Position numbers and translations under genes: made by a program
In this document: piece after piece, positions 53,501 to 62,595 of the stretch
Layout: each line of letters begins with the position of its first letter
Position numbering within the stretch: position 1 is the stretch's first letter
Notes under the pieces: generated by a model
The model's database searches: none
What the model saw: only the letters and a program-made list of their open reading frames with translations
What the model was told of the DNA's origin: nothing
Source: a virus
Taxonomy: Duplodnaviria > Caudoviricetes
Reading direction: 5' to 3' (one strand)
Virus record (IMG/VR): IMGVR_UViG_2795386110_000001
Location: 1 to 64,000 of that record
DNA: 64,000 nucleotides

Positions 53501-53956
53501 GACCGCACCGTGTTCCAGGCGTGCCAGCCCTCGTATCACATGACGCAGGGCTCCGACGGGCGCTGGCAGCTCCGCGCCGTGCTCTCCGTGCCGGTACCCG
53601 GGCACTCCTCCCCGCTCACCGCCGCCGCGGTCATCGACCGGTCGAACCTCGCGCTCACCGCCGCCGCAGCCGCCATCGACGAGGTCACCGTCACCGCCAG
53701 CGAGCCCCCGGCCAGGGAACCCGAGCCCGAGCACGGCCGCAGGGCCGAAGTGGCCCCGGCCGCCAGCGTCGTCGACCAGGTGACCGCCGCACTCCTGGAG
53801 CCCGGATTCCTCGACCAGTTCGCCGACGCCCTCAAGGCCCGCGAAGAGGCGCGTACCGCCGCCGCACGGGCCGAACTCGCCGAACTCACCGCCCGGCTCG
53901 CGCCCGTCCGCGCCGAGCTCGCCGCAAGCGCTGCCCTGCAGCAAGAAGGGAACTGA
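50591..53956 (+). CDS. MuF head-morphogenesis protein fused to 2H phosphoesterase, capsid-maturation-protease-like and winged-helix domains
   Basis: IARTESTRAWN, KQWQTRRDTRVRDAH and NCRC (MuF); LHCTL and AHVTG (2H); QTGDGRVF...GHHGA...GVSVDLDD...GATLVSMPAY (protease-like). Confidence 0.85.
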   Translation: MADPPDALTAAEQTVAEEVRAVLDDVAAEIAGELADATEIVAARFSLARIGRMWTQRVPRIVRRLLGVAETAAGQAAGDVDAELPDGWDDLPGRHDHGEDLPASLGSYVTDTEHLLRAVGDRLTQAAVAELAAGLDAGEDIAQLRARLRALFSQDGVQLGETREERIARTESTRAWNAATLAAAEDLTGEGRPLVKQWQTRRDTRVRDAHDDVDGQLRLLNEAFTVVGVAMAYPGDPAAPPELTVNCRCVLRLAPEQQAAAYESKEGSRSEVFESQEETAAAEGSHLMGGMIALLPRDEDARFLALPDGEEPGELHCTLWFLGDEAAQWTEDQRQELVVNVRARAADLPGPITARAFGVNHWNPDSENPAWVWPVGDDRDADGPGLLDARSLAFWALEDTHDRPDTPAQHSPWVAHVTGAYAADTWPFDPMCERLGAITFDRIRVAFAGDHHDIPLGPAEEEPPMATPTQVEEAPPPPPVRTWSTPDGAALAFENEQTGDGRVFAPSALYWDGSGPWPLQYAEAMGEGHHGAELAGAIHGLGREGNRITGSGVLYLTQPAGYDACLLLEQEAPLGVSVDLDDVDVQLVDTTASPDEEPDVPFLEASFASASVMRLDDGTWMITGRSRAEWTASGVEMAHSARSVMLFTSPGGRISAATARRVFADQISAAAGDSDPGEGVVFHEEKSGDYLVRITRARLRGATLVSMPAYDKARIVLDPPDEQTASAPVVVASSGDGHERVVTYVRTSPTPVGPRHLSQKLGMSLDQVHAHLSRALEAGSVVRIARGLYVGASTLPEGVSAEPPWSDEATAAAALDALYDERGAELVASAWQVMQSEKPMPAAWFREPTPEELPPGSGGVHIVDGRVYGWVAQRGVPHAAHGRKVTIDKLAKRGLDLSHFLRSRFRLDDGSEVRAGAMTMNVGHHRDGYECETSVCQFDDTRTVAAVVTVGMNEGGLWFSGAAAPWLSPWDRTVFQACQPSYHMTQGSDGRWQLRAVLSVPVPGHSSPLTAAAVIDRSNLALTAAAAAIDEVTVTASEPPAREPEPEHGRRAEVAPAASVVDQVTAALLEPGFLDQFADALKAREEARTAAARAELAELTARLAPVRAELAASAALQQEGN

Positions 53957-53958
53957 CC

Positions 53959-54111
53959 ATGCCGTGCGCCTGCCAGAAGAACAAGACGCAGTACGAGGTC
54001 GTCGACGCCGGAGGTAAGCGGGTCTTCGGGCCCACCCCGTACAAGACCACGGCGGACGCCATGGCCGCGCGCGGCGAGGGCCGCACCGTCCGCGAAGTCG
54101 CCAAGAAGTAG
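53959..54111 (+). CDS. Small Cys-leader virion-associated protein
   Basis: MPCACQKNKTQYEVV. Confidence 0.6.
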   Translation: MPCACQKNKTQYEVVDAGGKRVFGPTPYKTTADAMAARGEGRTVREVAKK

Positions 54112-54123
54112 AGGGAGGCCCCT

Positions 54124-54348
54124 GTGGGATGTGGCTGCGGCGGCAACCGCAAGCGGACCATTGGCATACAGAACGCCGCCCGCCCGAGCAGAACGACCTA
54201 CGAGGTCGTTCTGGACGGTGGGAAGGGCCGCGTCGCCTTCACGACCAGCAACAAGCCCCTCGCAGACAAGGTGTCGGGGAACTACCCCGGCAGCGTCGTC
54301 CGCCCGCTCGGTGCCACTGATGCCGCTGACGCACCCGCGGAGGCGTAA
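54124..54348 (+). CDS. Small Cys-leader protein (paralog of 53959-54111)
   Basis: MGCGCGG...TTYEVVLDGG; GGAGG RBS. Confidence 0.65.
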   Translation: MGCGCGGNRKRTIGIQNAARPSRTTYEVVLDGGKGRVAFTTSNKPLADKVSGNYPGSVVRPLGATDAADAPAEA

Positions 54349-54405
54349 GCCAACGCGCGGGCGGCCAGCTTTCAGCCCGACCTGGTCTGGGCGACCGAGC
54401 ACGTA

Positions 54406-54441
54406 GCGATGGGCTGCACAGCTGTCTGTGCAGCCCATCGC
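54406..54441. terminator. Bidirectional hairpin terminator
   Basis: GCGATGGGCTGCACAG-CTGT-CTGTGCAGCCCATCGC between convergent genes. Confidence 0.75.
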
Positions 54442-54486
54442 GTTTCGACGCCCCTATGCAGCGGCGTTACCTCCGGAGAACCCAGG

Positions 54487-55878
54487 TCATACAGACCGAA
54501 GCAGTCTGCCGAAGAAGTCGGTCAGTATCGGACGCGCACTCTCCCGGTCTTCCAGCTCGGCGTGGCCGAAGCGGTACACGTGGTAGCCGAGGAGCTTCAG
54601 GTCGCGGTCTGCGGCCATGGTGGCCGCGTACTTGCGAGGGCTCGGCACCGTGCCCTCGCTGTCGGTGAAGTGCTGGCTTCCGTCGACCTCGAGTACGACG
54701 CGTTTGCGGCCAGGCAGCAGCAGCAAGAAGTCCATCCGGATGTGCTGCTGCGCGCGTTCACGGCGCTGGCGAATGGTCTGGTGATCCCAGTGCAGCCATA
54801 CCTCGGGCAGCAGGGCGGGCAGCTCGTCGGGCTCATGTTGGTGGATGTTGTAGTACAGGAAGTACAAGTTGTCCTGGCCCGGTGATTCCTTGGGCAGGCT
54901 GTCCCGCATACGGCGGAATAGCAACGATCGGGCCTCTTCGCTGTCCGCGATGCCGTGCTTTTCCTGCCACCAGTTCACGAGGTCACGCCAGGAGAGCCCA
55001 TCGTTACCGATGACGCGGTCATAGACGAGGACCTTGTCGGCGCGCTCGGCTTGGTCGATGACCTCCAAGTCGCCGTCCAGAACGCTGCTGACCCTGATGT
55101 CCGGCTTGCCGAGGGTGGCGAAGATGACGTGTCGCGGCCGTCGTGATGGCGTCTCGCCGACCTGGATCAGTTGGAAGAGCGGGTAGCCGTCCTCTTCGCC
55201 GACCACTTGCAGTTGAGCACCTACGCGCTGGAGGTGCACGTTTACTGCTTCGACAAAGCGCCGCTGCGCTGGCTCGTCGGGGATCGTCGAGGGTGCTGCC
55301 AACGCCTCCAGGAAACGCGCGAAGCGTGGATGCGGCGCATCGAAGCAACCGAGCCGTTCGAAGAGGTACTCGGTGTCCCAGTCGTCGTTGTTCACCACGT
55401 GCCGGGTGACCTGCGCGCGCAGGCTGTTGTCTCGCCCGCCCCATCCGCTTAGTGGATCGTCGTCCAAGACCCACAGCGAATCGAGCATCCCGAGAAGGCG
55501 ATCCCGGTGACGAACATAGTCATCGAGATGGAATGAGGCAGCGAGCTCACGTCTGGCCCGTCCAGGGATCTCGACACAGTTGCTGTCTTGCCACAAGACG
55601 TCCTGCAGAGCGTTGCGATGAACTGCGCTGACGCTAAGCGACTTGTGAGCCAGAACTGCGTGTGCGATCACCGGCAGGTCTGCGTCGCTGCATGCGCTCA
55701 GGCTGGCTGTCAGGCGGTTGTGCTTGGAGACTTCTTGGGCGGTGCGAGGATCCGTGCGTGGCGGAGGGGCAGGCATGTTGAGGCTCTTGCACAGCTCTGC
55801 GATGTCGTCGTGGCGGAAGTTCGCATATTGAGAGACGACCGTCTCATCGATCAGTCTCCTTAGGCTCGCGACGTCCAT
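54487..55878 (-). CDS. AbiJ-N-terminal-domain plus Vsr/DUF559-like nuclease (abortive-infection moron)
   Basis: RFARFLEAL...DGYPLF...GLSWRDLVNWW...LPALLPEVWLHWD...RMDFLLL...VLEVDGSQHF...DRDLKLLGYHVYRFG; lower GC. Confidence 0.8.
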   Translation of the reverse strand: MDVASLRRLIDETVVSQYANFRHDDIAELCKSLNMPAPPPRTDPRTAQEVSKHNRLTASLSACSDADLPVIAHAVLAHKSLSVSAVHRNALQDVLWQDSNCVEIPGRARRELAASFHLDDYVRHRDRLLGMLDSLWVLDDDPLSGWGGRDNSLRAQVTRHVVNNDDWDTEYLFERLGCFDAPHPRFARFLEALAAPSTIPDEPAQRRFVEAVNVHLQRVGAQLQVVGEEDGYPLFQLIQVGETPSRRPRHVIFATLGKPDIRVSSVLDGDLEVIDQAERADKVLVYDRVIGNDGLSWRDLVNWWQEKHGIADSEEARSLLFRRMRDSLPKESPGQDNLYFLYYNIHQHEPDELPALLPEVWLHWDHQTIRQRRERAQQHIRMDFLLLLPGRKRVVLEVDGSQHFTDSEGTVPSPRKYAATMAADRDLKLLGYHVYRFGHAELEDRESARPILTDFFGRLLRSV

Positions 55879-56097
55879 CTGGGGATTCTCGTACTACCGG
55901 GACAGAAAGCACCACCCTGCTGGTCGGAGGCCATCCTCAGCGAAAGGGGCCGGAGGACTGTGCTCGACGCCGCACCGCGCCCCAGGGTGTACGCGCTGCC
56001 GCAGGTCACGCCCAGATCAGGTCGTCCATGCAGCTAAGATGCCTTTTCAGTCGCTGGTTTAGGGCCGGACTCCTGCGAAGCATCAGGAGTCCCGTTC

Positions 56098-57744
56098 ATG
56101 CCCGAGCCGTTCGAGCTCCCAGACGACTTCAGCGCCCTGGACGACGAGCAGCTTGCCGACGCCCTTGCCGGCGCCGTCCAGGCCTTCGACGCCAAGGCCA
56201 AGTCCAGTCTCGTCACCCCCACCGACATCGAGGACCTGCGCTCCCTCGCCTCCGGCGTCGAGTCCATGCGCAAGGAGCAGCAGGACCGCATCGACGCCGC
56301 CAAGCAGGCCGCAGCGGAGATCGAGCAGCTCGCCGCGCAGGTTCGTGGCGACGACCCGTCCGCGACGGCCCCCGAGGTGGAAGAGCCCTCGGCGCAGGAG
56401 ACTGCGGCGGCCGAGCCGGAGACCGCCCCGCAGCCCGAGCCGCAGGTATCCGCGTCCTCGACGCTGGTGAAGCGGCCGGTTCTCAACCTGGCCTCGGTGC
56501 GCGCCTCCCAGCCGCGCGTCCTGCCCGAGCCGCCCGCCCCGGGTACGCACATCACCGCGGCCGTAGACGTCCCCGGCTACACCCCGGGCGCCCCGCTCGA
56601 CTTCGGGCAGGTCGTCACCGGCATCATCAGCCGCGCCAACGCCCTCAAGACGGCCGGCGGCGGCACGGGCCAGGTCATCAGCTACCGGCACCCGTTCCAG
56701 CAGGAGCTGATCGTCACCGACTCCAGCAGTGCGCCGGAGGGCACCACGGTGGCGATCGCCGCGCAGAACCAGGGGCGGCTCCCGCAGGGTGACCTCGTCG
56801 CCTCCGGTGGCTGGTGTGCGCCCTCGGAGACGCTGTACGACATCACCGGCGTGGCCTGCCCGGACATGCTGTGGGACGCCCCGGAGATCCAGCTCGCGCG
56901 CGGTGGCCTGCGCTACTACAAGCCGCTGTCCCTGGACGTCGGCAGCCTCACGTGGGTCCACACCGAAGCAGACGACATCTCCGGTGCGACGAAGCCGTGC
57001 TTCAAGATCCCCTGCCCGGACCCGGTGGAGGTCCGCTGTGACGCCGTCGGTGTCTGCCTGGAGGCAGGCATCCTGACTCAGCGGCACTTCCCGGAGCTGG
57101 TGGCCTGGTACCTGCGTAACAGCATGGTGGCGCACGAGATCCGCCTCAAGCAGGTCCTGTTCCAGCAGGCCCTCAACACCGCGACTCCGGTCGTGCTCGC
57201 GCCGAGCTTCGGCGCCCTGTCGGCGATCTACAACGCCGTGGCGCTCCAGGCTGCGGACATGATCGAGCGGCACAGCCTGTGTGACACGGTCGCGCTGGAG
57301 GTCGTGTTCCCGTGGTGGAGCCGCAACCTGTTCCTGGGTGACCTGGCCCGCCAGAACGGCGTCAACATCTGCGACCTGTCCCCGACCTGCATCCAGGACG
57401 TGTTCTCGACGCTCGGTGTGCGGGTGCAGTTCGCTCGCGGCCTGTCCCCGGCCGTCCCGGCGGACATCGGCGGCGCCAACGCGGCCACCGAGTGGCCGGC
57501 CACGGTCCAGTTCCTCGTCTACCCGTCGGGCTCCCTCCAGATCGGGCGCGGCGAGGAAGTCAACCTCGGTGTGGTTCACGATTCAACGAAGTTCGTGACC
57601 AACGACTACACCGCCCTCTTCGCGGAGGAGTGCGTCGCACTGGTCGACCGCTCCGTGGACACCCGCATCGTCACCGTCCCGGTCTGCCCGGACGGCGCCA
57701 CCGGCGCGCAGCTGGAACTCGTCTGCGCCGCTGGCAGCAGCTGA
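56098..57744 (+). CDS. Major capsid protein with N-terminal scaffold region
   Basis: Coiled N-terminus; LVASGGWCAPSETLYD, RGGLRY, KPCFKIPCP and VVHDSTKFVTNDY. Confidence 0.88.
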   Translation: MPEPFELPDDFSALDDEQLADALAGAVQAFDAKAKSSLVTPTDIEDLRSLASGVESMRKEQQDRIDAAKQAAAEIEQLAAQVRGDDPSATAPEVEEPSAQETAAAEPETAPQPEPQVSASSTLVKRPVLNLASVRASQPRVLPEPPAPGTHITAAVDVPGYTPGAPLDFGQVVTGIISRANALKTAGGGTGQVISYRHPFQQELIVTDSSSAPEGTTVAIAAQNQGRLPQGDLVASGGWCAPSETLYDITGVACPDMLWDAPEIQLARGGLRYYKPLSLDVGSLTWVHTEADDISGATKPCFKIPCPDPVEVRCDAVGVCLEAGILTQRHFPELVAWYLRNSMVAHEIRLKQVLFQQALNTATPVVLAPSFGALSAIYNAVALQAADMIERHSLCDTVALEVVFPWWSRNLFLGDLARQNGVNICDLSPTCIQDVFSTLGVRVQFARGLSPAVPADIGGANAATEWPATVQFLVYPSGSLQIGRGEEVNLGVVHDSTKFVTNDYTALFAEECVALVDRSVDTRIVTVPVCPDGATGAQLELVCAAGSS

Positions 57745-57816
57745 CCCACTTCACCCGACGCGTAACCCCGGCCCACTGCCCGGCCGGGGCTGCCCGGATG
57801 AGAGGAGGTGAGGCAG

Positions 57817-58644
57817 ATGCCAGCAGCCGGACTCGCTCGGCGCGTTGAGGCCATCCCCGGTACGCCGTTGCCGCACGGCATCCTCGGCGGCTGCGTCGAC
57901 ATCATCGACGTAGAGGACGTCCACGAACTCCTCGGCACCGAATGGATGCCGCTCTCGTGCGCCGCCGCACACGACTGGGACTGGTGCCCCGAGGACAGCA
58001 CCACCCCCGGCCCGACCAGCAAGATCTTCGAACGGCCCGGCGTATGCTCCGCCTCGCCGATCACGATCTACGCCGGGGCCACCTGCGGCACCATCGGCTG
58101 GCCGTACGAGGAGGCCGTCCAGCACGCCCGCGAAACCCTCCGCATGGGCGAACAGCGCGCCCTGGAGGAATGGTTCGCCCGGGACGTGCTGTGTCCCATG
58201 GCCTCCGACCTCACCCCCGCGGCCGGCGCCGTGTCCATCGCCCAGGGCGTCGCCGCACTCGAAGGGTGGCTCGCTGAGACGTACGGCGGACAGGGCATCC
58301 TGCACGTCCCCGCCGGAGCCGCCGCGCTGCTGGGCTGCTGCAACGTCGTCCACCTGGAGGACGGCGTCCCGCGCACCCTCATGGGCAACTGCGTGGTCAT
58401 GGGCAGCGGCTACGCCGTGAACGTCGGCCCGCCCGACTGCACCCAGGCCCCCGCCGGTGAAGCCTGGCTCTACATCACCGGCCCGATACGGGTCCGCCGC
58501 GAAGCCCCCGTCGTCGTCCCGGACACCGACGCCGAGAGCTTCCGCATCACGACCAACGACCGCTTCGTGCTGGCCGAGCGGTCGTTCGTCGTCGAGGTCG
58601 CCTGCTGCGAGGCCGCAGCGATCCGGGTGGTGCTGTGCCCGTGA
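57817..58644 (+). CDS. Capsid-associated (minor capsid or decoration) protein
   Basis: Follows the capsid gene; GEQRALE, ALEGWLA, GSGY, WLYITG and NDRFVLAER. Confidence 0.75.
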   Translation: MPAAGLARRVEAIPGTPLPHGILGGCVDIIDVEDVHELLGTEWMPLSCAAAHDWDWCPEDSTTPGPTSKIFERPGVCSASPITIYAGATCGTIGWPYEEAVQHARETLRMGEQRALEEWFARDVLCPMASDLTPAAGAVSIAQGVAALEGWLAETYGGQGILHVPAGAAALLGCCNVVHLEDGVPRTLMGNCVVMGSGYAVNVGPPDCTQAPAGEAWLYITGPIRVRREAPVVVPDTDAESFRITTNDRFVLAERSFVVEVACCEAAAIRVVLCP

Positions 58645-59153
58645 ACACGATCAAGGTTCAGCCGGTGCGGGACCTCCGCGTCGACTTCGCTCGCTGGGCG
58701 GTCGCTCAGACCCCGAAGGTCCGCACCTGCTCCACGTCCGAATTCGCGGTGCCCCCGCAACTGTTCACGCACATGCCGGAACGGCTCCTCGTCGGCTCGG
58801 TTGTCGACGGACACCCGTACGTCTCCCCGGCCGGGGACGAGACACCGGAGCCGCTCACGACCATCCCCGGCGAGCCCCTGCCGCCCGTACCCGACTTCGC
58901 GTACCCGCCGGGCGCGGTCCCCCTGCCTGAGCAGGAACGGCAGTTGGCCACCACGAGCCCGGCAACTGTGGACGCCGCGAGGACGGCCGTCCTGGTCGCC
59001 GCCGACCTCGCGGCCACCAACCACGAGCAGCCGGCCGGGGCCGCGCCCTTGGAGGGGGAGGGCGCGGCCATCACCTGCGACGTCTGCGGGCGCCCCTTCG
59101 GCACTCCGCGCGGCAGGGACACCCACCGCCGCCAGGCACACCCGGAGGCATGA
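58641..59153 (+). CDS. Hypothetical protein with C-terminal C2H2 finger
   Basis: FARWAVAQTPKVRT...; CDVCGRPF...HRRQAH. Confidence 0.7.
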   Translation: MNTIKVQPVRDLRVDFARWAVAQTPKVRTCSTSEFAVPPQLFTHMPERLLVGSVVDGHPYVSPAGDETPEPLTTIPGEPLPPVPDFAYPPGAVPLPEQERQLATTSPATVDAARTAVLVAADLAATNHEQPAGAAPLEGEGAAITCDVCGRPFGTPRGRDTHRRQAHPEA

Positions 59154-59156
59154 CCG

Positions 59157-60779
59157 ATGGCCGTTGAGCCCATTCCGTGCGCACCCGGAGGCGACAGCAC
59201 CCCGGTTGAGGTCAACGTCACCACGTGCTGCGCGCCCTCGATCGCCTCGGCAGCCCTGTGCCGCGAGGACGGCAGCACGATCCTCCTCGTCGTCCGGTCC
59301 GGGTGCGTCGAGTGCGGTGAGACAGCGCAGGACCCGGAAGTCGTCGGCTGGATCGACCCAGCCACCGGCGTCTTCACCCCGGGCGCGTCCCCGGCCGACG
59401 CAGGCCCCTGCGACACGGGCTGTGCCGACACCATCTGCGTCCAGCGGTGTGACGACGTCGACGGGGACGGCAAGGCCGACACGACGTACAACGAGCTGTG
59501 GTGCGTCCGCCTCGACGGCAGCACGGAACTCGTCCTCACCTACCAGGGCGACCCCTCGCAGCCGTACGGGCCCGTCTCGCCCGTGGACTGCGAGTACAGG
59601 TGCGTCGAGACGCAGACGTACGTGCTGTGCGACGACAGCGGCGGCTTCCTGCGCCGCATCACCATCGGCGCCGGCCAGCACATCGTCGAGAACCTCGAAC
59701 TGGACGGGCTCACCCCGCACACCATCGTGGGCACGGTCCGGGTCTGCGGGGACAGCCCGGACACGACGAGCTGTGTCGACACCATCTGCGTGCAGCGCTG
59801 CGACGACACCGACGGCGACGGCAAGGCCGACACGACGTACAACGAGCTGTGGTGCGTCCACGCCGACGGCACGACCGAGCTGATCCTGACCTACCAGGAC
59901 GACCCGGCCGAGCCGTACGGGCCAGCCTCGCCCGTGGACTGCGAGTACGGGTGCGTCGAGACACAGACGTACATGCTGTGCGACGCCTCCGGGGCGTTCC
60001 TGCGCCGGATCACCATTGGCGCCGGACAGCACATCGTGGAAGACCTCGCGCTGGACGGACTGACCCCGCACACCGTCACGGGCACCGTCGGCGCGTGCGC
60101 CGGCGCCACCAGCGTGACCGCGACGCCGGGCCAGGACCTGACAGTCCTGTGCGACACCGCCGCCGACGGCACGGTCACCGAGTTCGTACGGGACTACCAA
60201 CGCGACGCGGCCGGGAAGATCACCGGACACAGCGACTACACCCTCGACGGCCAGCCGTACACCCCGACCGGCACCGTCGGCGTGTGCGGGCCCACCCCCG
60301 ACTGCCCGGTGCAGTCAGTGCTCCAGGAGTGCCGGTGCGACGACACCAACGGCGACGGCACCCCCGACGTCGGGTACGTGGAGCTCCTCGCCGTCGACTG
60401 CACCGGCACGGTCACCACCATCGGCACCTACACCGACGACCTCGGCGCTCCGTACACGCCGGTCTCGCCCGTCGACTGCGACGCCGGAGACGACGAGGGC
60501 GCTGACCCCGCGTTCGGTGTGCAGGCCCGCCGCGCCCAGCTCAACCCGGGCGACACCTGGTCTGCCGACCGCTTCCCGACGCTGCAAGCCGTCACCGCTA
60601 CCGCGTTCGGCGGCACCGGCACGATCACCACCGCAGACGGCGCCAGCACCTTGCACGACGGCGAGGCCGCCACCTGGAGCGTCATCCGGGACTCCGACGC
60701 CTCGCTCACCGGGCCGCTCACCATCCACGCGGACACCGGAACCCTCTCCGTCACCTACACCCTGGGAGTCCAGCTATGA
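59157..60779 (+). CDS. Cys-rich modular virion surface protein with a 351-bp internal duplication and DxDGDG motifs
   Basis: Repeat unit starts at 59421 and 59772; CDDVDGDGKAD, CDDTDGDGKAD and CDDTNGDGTPD. Confidence 0.8.
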   Translation: MAVEPIPCAPGGDSTPVEVNVTTCCAPSIASAALCREDGSTILLVVRSGCVECGETAQDPEVVGWIDPATGVFTPGASPADAGPCDTGCADTICVQRCDDVDGDGKADTTYNELWCVRLDGSTELVLTYQGDPSQPYGPVSPVDCEYRCVETQTYVLCDDSGGFLRRITIGAGQHIVENLELDGLTPHTIVGTVRVCGDSPDTTSCVDTICVQRCDDTDGDGKADTTYNELWCVHADGTTELILTYQDDPAEPYGPASPVDCEYGCVETQTYMLCDASGAFLRRITIGAGQHIVEDLALDGLTPHTVTGTVGACAGATSVTATPGQDLTVLCDTAADGTVTEFVRDYQRDAAGKITGHSDYTLDGQPYTPTGTVGVCGPTPDCPVQSVLQECRCDDTNGDGTPDVGYVELLAVDCTGTVTTIGTYTDDLGAPYTPVSPVDCDAGDDEGADPAFGVQARRAQLNPGDTWSADRFPTLQAVTATAFGGTGTITTADGASTLHDGEAATWSVIRDSDASLTGPLTIHADTGTLSVTYTLGVQL

Positions 60780-61327
60780 GCGGATGCTGCGGGCCGATCC
60801 TCACCAGCAGCGGCACCGGAACCGGCAACACCGACCCGATCACGGACGTCGAGTACGTGACCCTGTGCGACGTCGCCGCCGACGGCACCGCCACCGCCTT
60901 CCTCCGCCGCTTCACGCACGCACAGGACGGCACCCTGTCCAGCACGGCGGACCTGGCGCTCGACGGCCGTACGGCCTACACCCCGGCCGGCACCGTCGGT
61001 GTCTGCTCGGGCAGCACGAGCACTCAGCCGGTCACGACTCAGACGGCTTCGACGCACCGGCAGGTCCTCAGCACCGCGGGCACGTTCGACGTGTTCGGGG
61101 CCGCGACCGGCACCGTCGAGTCGGTCACCGTGACCGTCATCTCCACCGGCACCGCGGGCCCCTCGGTGACGACCGCCTCGGGGACCTCCCGCCTCTACGG
61201 CGGCGAATCCGTCACCTGGTCCGCGCTGCCCGACGTCGCGGCCGGGTCGGACGAGCTCACCGGCCCGCTGTCCGTGACGACCACTGCCGGGGACGTCGTC
61301 GCCGTGTCGTGGACCGAACGCCCCTGA
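60776..61327 (+). CDS. Modular virion surface protein (one CD..DG module plus C-terminal beta domain)
   Basis: LCDVAADGTATAFLRR...LDGRTAYTPAGTVGVC. Confidence 0.8.
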   Translation: MSGCCGPILTSSGTGTGNTDPITDVEYVTLCDVAADGTATAFLRRFTHAQDGTLSSTADLALDGRTAYTPAGTVGVCSGSTSTQPVTTQTASTHRQVLSTAGTFDVFGAATGTVESVTVTVISTGTAGPSVTTASGTSRLYGGESVTWSALPDVAAGSDELTGPLSVTTTAGDVVAVSWTERP

Positions 61328-61374
61328 CCACCCCTCCCAACCGCCCTGCTTCACCAACCCTGTGAGGAGCCCCC

Positions 61375-62025
61375 ATGTCTGGAACCGGTGGATCGATCTC
61401 GACCAGCGCCCCGGATCGCGAGTACGAGGTCTTCTGTGACGTCGCAGCCGACGGGACGGTCACGCCGTTCCTGCGGCGCGTCTCCGTCGACGGCTCGGGC
61501 AACACGACCGTCACGGACACCGCCCTGGACGGTGTCACCGCCTACACCCCGGCTGGCACGGTCGGCGTGTGCCCCGAGTCGGTCACCGACTACGAGGTCA
61601 TCGAGCTGTGCGACGTCGCGGCGGACGGTACGGCGACCCCGTTCCTGCGCCGCCTGGCGATCGCCGAGGACGGCACGGTCACCGTCACGGACACCGCCCT
61701 GGACGGTGCCACCGCCTACACCCCGGCCGGCACCGTCGGCCAGTGCCCCGTCACCACCCTGCAGAAGACCGTGACTCCGCACGGCACGCAGAACACCGAC
61801 TGGGACCTGGCCGCCAACGCGGGCACCCAGTCCGTGACCCTGCTCGTCTACTCCGGCTCGGTCACCGTGACGACCGCCGAGGGCACCCTCACCGTCCCGG
61901 CCGGCGCCACGCTCACGTGGGGCGTTGACGGCGACGCGGTCGACTCCGGGCTCACCGGCACGCTCACCATCGACGGCACCGCGCCTGGGGCGACGTGGCA
62001 GGTCCTCTGGACCACGAACCCGTAA
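61375..62025 (+). CDS. Modular virion surface protein (two modules plus C-terminal beta domain)
   Basis: Two copies of CDVAADGT.TPFLRR...DTALDG.TAYTPAGTVG.C. Confidence 0.8.
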   Translation: MSGTGGSISTSAPDREYEVFCDVAADGTVTPFLRRVSVDGSGNTTVTDTALDGVTAYTPAGTVGVCPESVTDYEVIELCDVAADGTATPFLRRLAIAEDGTVTVTDTALDGATAYTPAGTVGQCPVTTLQKTVTPHGTQNTDWDLAANAGTQSVTLLVYSGSVTVTTAEGTLTVPAGATLTWGVDGDAVDSGLTGTLTIDGTAPGATWQVLWTTNP

Positions 62026-62112
62026 GCAGCCGCAGCCTCCCGCAGGCGACCACCCCGTGGTCCCCGCGGGAGGCCGACGCTCGCCTCACCTTCGACCCAT
62101 GACGGAGAACCG

Positions 62113-62577
62113 ATGAGCGGAACCGACGGCTCACTGAGGCTTGTCGGCCACGGCCTGGCCGAGCTGCCCGCCGCCGTGGACCTACAGCCGACCGCTTCCG
62201 GCGCCTGGACCACCACCGGCCTCAAGATCACGCTGCCCGAGGCGGGGACATACCAGCTCGACGCGATGGTGCGCGCCTATCTCCAGGGCACTTCCCCGGT
62301 CACCGCGTCAATTTCCGCCCGCCTCTGGGATGAGACGGCCGGGGCCGTGGTGCCCCGTAGTGAGCTGTGGGTGAACCAGATCGGTATCAGCGCCCCCGCC
62401 GGGATCGTGACCGGCGCCCAGAACACCGCATCCCTGCATGCCGAGTACGCCGTCCCCGCCGCGCGCGTGCTGCGCCTGGAGGCGGCCCGTACGAACTTCC
62501 TTGGCTCGACCACCACGGCCGGAGTCGCCAGCAACACGGACGGCCGCACGATGCTCCGCTTCAGCCGGATCGCCTGA
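62113..62577 (+). CDS. Beta-rich virion protein (paralog pair, copy 1)
   Basis: LPAAVDL...TGLKITLPEAGTYQLDAMVR...ARLWDETAGAVVP...LRLEAAR. Confidence 0.8.
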   Translation: MSGTDGSLRLVGHGLAELPAAVDLQPTASGAWTTTGLKITLPEAGTYQLDAMVRAYLQGTSPVTASISARLWDETAGAVVPRSELWVNQIGISAPAGIVTGAQNTASLHAEYAVPAARVLRLEAARTNFLGSTTTAGVASNTDGRTMLRFSRIA

Positions 62578-62595
62578 CCCCTCGGAGAGTGAGCA

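Noticed and set aside
59421-60100. Diversity-generating retroelement TR/VR pair
   Set aside because: The duplication is in-frame within one gene, differences are not adenine-specific, and no reverse transcriptase is present in the window.
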